A stretch of DNA of 62,308 nt, the filler included, from Collodictyon triciliatum (taxonomy: Eukaryota), in the NCBI GenBank assembly GCA_043381765.1. It is 17 parts of 17 records of this genome, joined end to end, with 100 filler letters (N's around TTAATTAATTAA, not from the genome) between each part and the next. Parts side by side here need not be neighbours in the genome. Positions count along the whole stretch, not along the records: positions 55,073 to 58,643 come from JBHJMP010007135.1; positions 58,744 to 62,308 come from JBHJMP010007136.1; 15 more parts are not named here. One strand, 5' to 3'. The translations under genes were made by a program, and so were the position numbers. A model generated the notes under the pieces. The model was not told the origin of the DNA, made no database searches, and worked only from the letters and a program-made list of their open reading frames with translations. This document shows positions 56,947 to 62,308 of this stretch, in pieces; within the stretch, counting starts at the first letter, position 1, and every line of letters starts with the position of its first letter.

Positions 56947-58465
56947 ATGAAGAAAAGAAAACATCTTGGGTCTGAGAAACTAAAGTCTGTAAAATCAGAC
57001 TATCAAAATGTGAAAACATCTCTAAAGTCGATTGTAAAGAATCTATATGACTATGACAAAATGAACGGTACGGTTTTATTGTGTCATAACTTGGTTACCG
57101 ACACTTATCTGTTTGCAAGATGCTACATATTGAAATCACAACAACTCCCAACAATCGATGAAATGTTTTTTTCGTACGCTTTAAAGACAGTCGGAATAGT
57201 TTCACAAGATAGACACGCAAGATTTTTTAAAAAAAAAAAACCAAAAATGAGTATCGGCATTATGACTTTTTTATCTCAAAGATTTTCGATTTATTTTGTC
57301 CCGAGGAAACGCTTTCCGTTGGTTAGACTGTCTCATGTATTACCGTACTTGGCGAAGCGAGTGTTAACAGCTTATCATAATAACATTAAGGAAAATTTTG
57401 TAAAGAGGTTACTACGCTTTATAAATCATACAGTACCTAAAGATGAGAATATGATGGAAACTATTAAAAAGGCAGAGTTACGAAGTTAAAAAAAGACATC
57501 TTCAAGAAACTCGAAATACCGGAACAATATGAAGGATGGGCTATAACACATCTGCATCATATCATTCCCAGCGATGTTGTAAAAAAGTATTGAGTATGAC
57601 ATCAAAGTCAATCCAAATAAGTACATTTCATATCTGATTTACATGAATCGCATTTTTGAGGATATTTGAACCAAACTGCTTCAACCTATCTCTATAAGAA
57701 CTAACAATATACCATGTCATATTGCTCTAGAAACTGCATGTTCGACAGGTCTATTTGCATCATCTGTAAAACATTAAAAATGAAGAATATATCAGGATGC
57801 AAAGAGACCCTATGGGATAATTTCTATGAAATGAAGAGGGTCTTTCATCAAAGAGACTACAATTTTATATGCATGATACAAACAGATGGCTTGGCAGTGT
57901 CATTATTGTTTGAAAAGAAAGGTATTTCAAATTCAAAATTCAAATATAATCCAATAAAATCAAAAACCCAAGAATATATTTATATAGATGAATTTTGCGA
58001 AGAGCAGTTATCTTTATTAGCGACAAAAAATAATAGTTGGAGTGGGCACAGGCAAGTTTAATTTGGTTTACATGGTGGATGAGACAGGTAAGAAATTATG
58101 TTACACGGCTCACCTAAGAAGACATGATAGCAAATCTCTTAAAAAATCACAAAATGCTCTTGCACGAGAAAGAAAAGTAAGTACAATTCTTCAGGGGTAT
58201 GCACAGTAACAGATTTACAAAGTGCTGTTTCTTTTGGTCACAGGACTTTAGAAGAGAATCGGCGGTTTGAGACATCAAGAGTATCTTTAATCGATTTAGA
58301 GACAGAACTGTGTAAACATAATTCATGCACCGCCGATTATGAAAAAAATCGCTCAGAAAGCAACCAAACTATATTCTTGACAAGGGACTTCAACAGCGCT
58401 AAAAATATACTCAACAAAGTTCTTACAACCCTTCAAAATATGCTAACACCTTCCTCTAAAATTAG
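56947..58465 (+). pseudogene. Fanzor1, copy 3, internally deleted
   Basis: MKKRKHL..; IPCHIALET; IQTDGLAVSLLF; VGVGTGK (RuvC-I D changed to G). A deletion at ~58346 removes the GDW, EFRTS and CCNC region. TRDFNSA is retained. Confidence 0.9.
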
Positions 58466-58582
58466 ACTGTTGGGTCTCTCCTGGCAGCCTTCACCACTAC
58501 ACAACCTCTGTTGAAAAAGCGGTGATACCTTGGATACTAGCGCACCAGGTTTACCTATCGAAAGATGGTTTACTACTTCTAG
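58464..58582 (+). ncRNA. Candidate Fanzor omegaRNA scaffold, copy 3
   Basis: Same series of stem-loops as copies 1 and 2, ending at CTAG 58579-58582. Confidence 0.65.
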
Positions 58583-58605
58583 TCTACCCGCATAAAGCCC
58601 TGCCG

Positions 58606-58643
<38 letters not shown>

Positions 58644-58870
58644 NNNNNNNNNNNNNNNNNNNNNNNNNNNNNNNNNNNNNNNNNNNNTTAATTAATTAAN
58701 NNNNNNNNNNNNNNNNNNNNNNNNNNNNNNNNNNNNNNNNNNNCTCACTCACTCACTCACTCACTCACTCACTCACTCACTCACTCACTCACTCACTCAC
58801 TCACTCACTCACTCACTCACTCACTCACTCACTCACTCACTCACTCTTTCATATGCTTATAAACAACTTA

Positions 58871-59193
58871 GCTTCGGAGCGCAACTATGGCGTGATGAAG
58901 AGCACTACACCACGAACGCCACGACCTCCTGTCACAACAACTTCGGGTCCGGGTTCGTATGAGCCTCACCCACCCCCAAAGGACACGAGGGCGCTCAGTT
59001 CGATGGTCAGCAAAACCCCACGTGATAATAGAAAGTTTGACATTGAGGCAAACTTGGCGCGCGGTGTGGATGTTCACAAAGACAACGAGAACTGGCACAA
59101 TCATGGAAAAACAATTCCAAAAGCCCCGCGCTTCAAAGAAAGAAAGCCAGATTACGACCCAGTAAGTTCTAATGTATTGGAGGCTGACAATAA
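58871..59193 (+). CDS. SHIPPO/ODF3-like (PGP-repeat) protein exon, partial
   Basis: MKSTTPR..TSGPGSYEP..SSMVSKTPR..TIPKAPRF, followed by a GTGAGT donor. Confidence 0.55.
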
Positions 59194-59897
59194 GGTGAGT
59201 TTTATCACACTTTGATATTAAATAGTTCGATGTGAATTATGAGAAAAAAAAGCGTATCTGCTGAACGATCTCTTTAATTCTAGTATATTCTATCTTTACT
59301 TCATCGATTTAATATATATTGCTTTTCGTTCTTCTATTGACTCGAAATATCGGACCATATAAAGAATTGGAGCCGGAAAGGTTTTGCTATGGCCAAGTCG
59401 CCTCGTTTTCCTGGGGAGGAGGTCGACAGTATCATCGCCGAAATGTCGTAATTATTTGCCCTTGGAAGGACTTCGTTCTGAAGGAAACTTTGCCACGAAA
59501 AGACTGCCATAACCAAAGCACGGCGCGTCTCGTCTCTGTTAGTCTGTGCGTTCCGAACGGGACACTGTCGAAGCGAATAAAAGCGATACATGATTGGGCC
59601 GGATGTGAATGAAAAAAACAAGCAGAAAAAAACAAGCAGATAAACAAAAATCAAAGAAACAAAAATTAAACAAACAAACAAACAAACAAACAAACAAACA
59701 AACAAACAAACAAACAAACAAACAAACAAACAAACAAACAAACAAACAAACAAACAAACAAACAAGCAAGCAAACAAACAAACAAACAAACAAACAAGCA
59801 AACAAGCAAACAAACAAGCAAACAAAATTCAGACAAATAAATAAACAAATAAATAAACAAATAAATAAATATTAAACTAAGGACCTTGACGACGGCT

Positions 59898-61770
59898 ATG
59901 ATTATCGGCGTTGGTGTTGTCTGCGTCGACCAAATTGTGTCCGTAAGTAACGCCTAGGTTTTCCTCATCTCGCATAAAGAGAAGAATGAGCAAGAAACCA
60001 ATATCGTTTCGTGTTCCGATGGACTTAAAATACTAATCTTACATCGACTTCGTAAAATAGGTATCTCAGTATCCCACACCTGATTCAAAAGGTCGTGCAA
60101 ACGAGTATAAGGTCTTATCATGGCTAAATAGCTAAATGACATACTTTTAAAACTGATTACCCCAATCTCAATATTAAAGAAACACATAATTCAGATATTT
60201 GGAGGGGGAAACATCGCAAACGCCCTGGTGACTGCGACTCGACTTGGGGCGAGAACAAGGTCTAGTGCGCATATACAAGAAATAGAATCAAAAGAAAGAG
60301 AAAACGAAATAAGAACCAAAAAATAAAACAATACTATCAGGACTTCATGATGTTTTGCACACCTATCATGCGGATAATTCTTTTTGAATCAGCACAACGA
60401 ATGAATGAAATGTAGGGCAGTAACTCGGCTGGGGAAAGACCATTGGGGTGATTGGACACTACGAGATTTACGCAAAGACATGGTAGATGTCTCCTTTGTC
60501 ATCCAGGATGGCGAAAAGACCGGAATGTCATTTGTAATTCTAGATGAATCGACAGGGACGAGGTATCATTGTTCTTAAACTTCTGATTTTCATGCGATTT
60601 AAGACAATGAGCACGCATATCAAGTATCAGAGTTACTTTATGAGCACTACTATTTTATGTCTGTTTTAATTCTAGAACAATCGTCCATTCGCTGGGTTTG
60701 GATATGGAGATAAGGCATATAGACTTTGCCTCTTTGGACGGGGCGAGGCTAGTATGCTTTGATGGGAGACATGGACTGGCAGGTGCCGAGATTGCCAAAG
60801 AAGCACAAAAAAGAGGAATTAAGGCACGTATGATCTGTGTAGAGAATTTAGTTGCTTATAGGTATTTTTTGAAGTGATTAAGTTTGGGGAGCCTTCTTAT
60901 GTTAACGTATTGGTAGACCAGACAGATTATGATGAATAAAGAAATTTGTGGACAAACAAACGATTTTCCTTTTCCTTAGATTCTTCTGGAATGTGAGAGG
61001 AAGCGCCCCCACTTGGATGGGCTCATTGAATACGCCAATTATATGATGTGGAGTTCGCATTTTCATGTCCAAGTAGACCTACCTGAAGGCGTCCAGTTTT
61101 CTACCCCTGACCAGGTGTGGATGGCTGCTGCTTGGTTCCTGGAGACTCACCAAAGCGTTGAATTTATCGTCATCACATTGGGAAAGCAGGGGTCCCGTTT
61201 GATACAGAGAGGGACGAGGATTAGCAAAGGGGAGAGTGTAAAAAATCCGGATGAAAGAGAGAGTACTTTTGGTTCAACAGAGTATGAATTAAGAAGGACA
61301 GTAGAAACCCACATCGGTTGCTTACATGTTCGGAGTAGGCGCACAAAAATATGGATTGAAACAGTATCTGAATGGATTGATTTCCTTGGAATTGAGTGTC
61401 CAGCAATATATTTGGACTCAGTAGTGGATACAAGCGGAGCAGGAGACACGTTTCATGGGGCCATGGCCTTCGTCCTCCAACAAGAAAATCAATACGCACA
61501 TCACAGCTCGCGAAGCGTAACCGATACATCGACTGTATTGTTTTCCTCCTGATGAAATACCATAGCAACGAATTATTTCGCACTAAAGGATTAATTCTTA
61601 TTTTTCCATTATTATTTTAGTTAAATTCTTTTTTAAATTTCAATAAGGTGGAGTTTGCGGAGTATCTTTTATCGTTTTGCAATATGGCTGCCGGGTTGAA
61701 ATGTACCCACATCGGCCCGCGTCTTGACCTTACAGCCGCCACGATACCACTAAAAGCAGCGAATGCATAG
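59898..61770 (+). CDS. pfkB/ribokinase-family carbohydrate kinase
   Basis: IIGVGVVCVDQ; YPTPDSK; GGGNIANALVTATRLG; LGKDHWG; FDGRH; VITLGKQGS; VVDTSGAGDTFHGA; NMAAGLKCTHIGPR; TAG at 61768. Confidence 0.92.
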
Positions 61771-62308
61771 ACATGCAGCGCCCTGCACTACCGGATATCA
61801 AACTCTACACATTTCCATAAAACGCCGCCCGTTAATTTTCCTAATGTGGACAGATCTCGTTTTGTGAAAATTCTTTGAATGGAAAACTACAAACTTCTTT
61901 GTTGTCTTTCGTTGCATCTCTCCTTTGTCTTGAACGGATTTCTGCGGCGATTTTCAAAAGTAACGAATGTTTGACAGAAAGCATCGCGTTTGTGTGGGAC
62001 ACAAGTCCCTTTTTCTTTCAATCGTTTTTTTTTATTTTGCCGGCTCGAATATCTGCTTACCAGCTCGTTCTTTCTGTTCTACTTGAACGCACAGCATTTG
62101 AGTGAGGTATTTATTCTATCTTTTTTATATTTTTATTTTTACAAATGTTTGCGCAATTGGGGGTCAAGTTTGGTGTTGGATCACTCACGCAGGCAGAAGA
62201 GCTATCGGCGGAAAAGAAAAGAAAAGAAAAGAAAAGAAAAGAAAAGAAAAGAAAAGAAAAGAAAAGAAAAGAAAAGAAAAGAAAAGAAAAGAAAAGAAAA
62301 GAAAAGAA

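Larger units (their letters stand above)
55700..58582 (+). mobile_element. Fanzor-carrying Helitron-like element, copy 3 (5' boundary unresolved)
   Basis: Homology to copy 2 starts at ~55705 (CAAGCCATCGACCCACGG) and runs to the 3' end ACCTATC-GAAA-GATGGT-TTACTACTT-CTAG|T. Confidence 0.8.

Overview
Eukaryotic DNA, probably from a flagellated, mitochondriate protist (intron-rich, AT-rich, standard code). The window is not contiguous: it is 17 unrelated ~3.57-kb contigs joined by artificial 100-nt N-TTAATTAATTAA-N linkers, and most contigs end in microsatellites. Host genes recognisable from spliced exons: RPT6/PSMC5, CFAP47 (5' part), pyruvate dehydrogenase kinase, a GCR1/cAR-type GPCR, NAF1, a PH+GBD/FH3 formin-like gene, CWC25, Vps3/TGFBRAP1 (3' part), TMCO1 exon 1, a CFAP77-like exon, U1-70K, a DYRK kinase, a SHIPPO-repeat fragment and a pfkB kinase. 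There are also decayed ASS, MATE, NHL-repeat and non-LTR zf-RVT sequences. The main result is three diverged, decayed copies (33.1-35.3 kb minus, 44.7-47.5 kb minus, 55.7-58.6 kb plus) of one element. It encodes a Fanzor1 (eukaryotic TnpB-like RNA-guided RuvC nuclease) with an N-terminal NLS-like motif. The ORF is followed by a conserved ~120-nt stem-loop region (candidate omegaRNA) ending in a Helitron-type hairpin plus CTAG|T terminus, after which each copy has a different flank (candidate guide). All family calls come from motif recognition by eye; no searches were run and exon boundaries are approximate.
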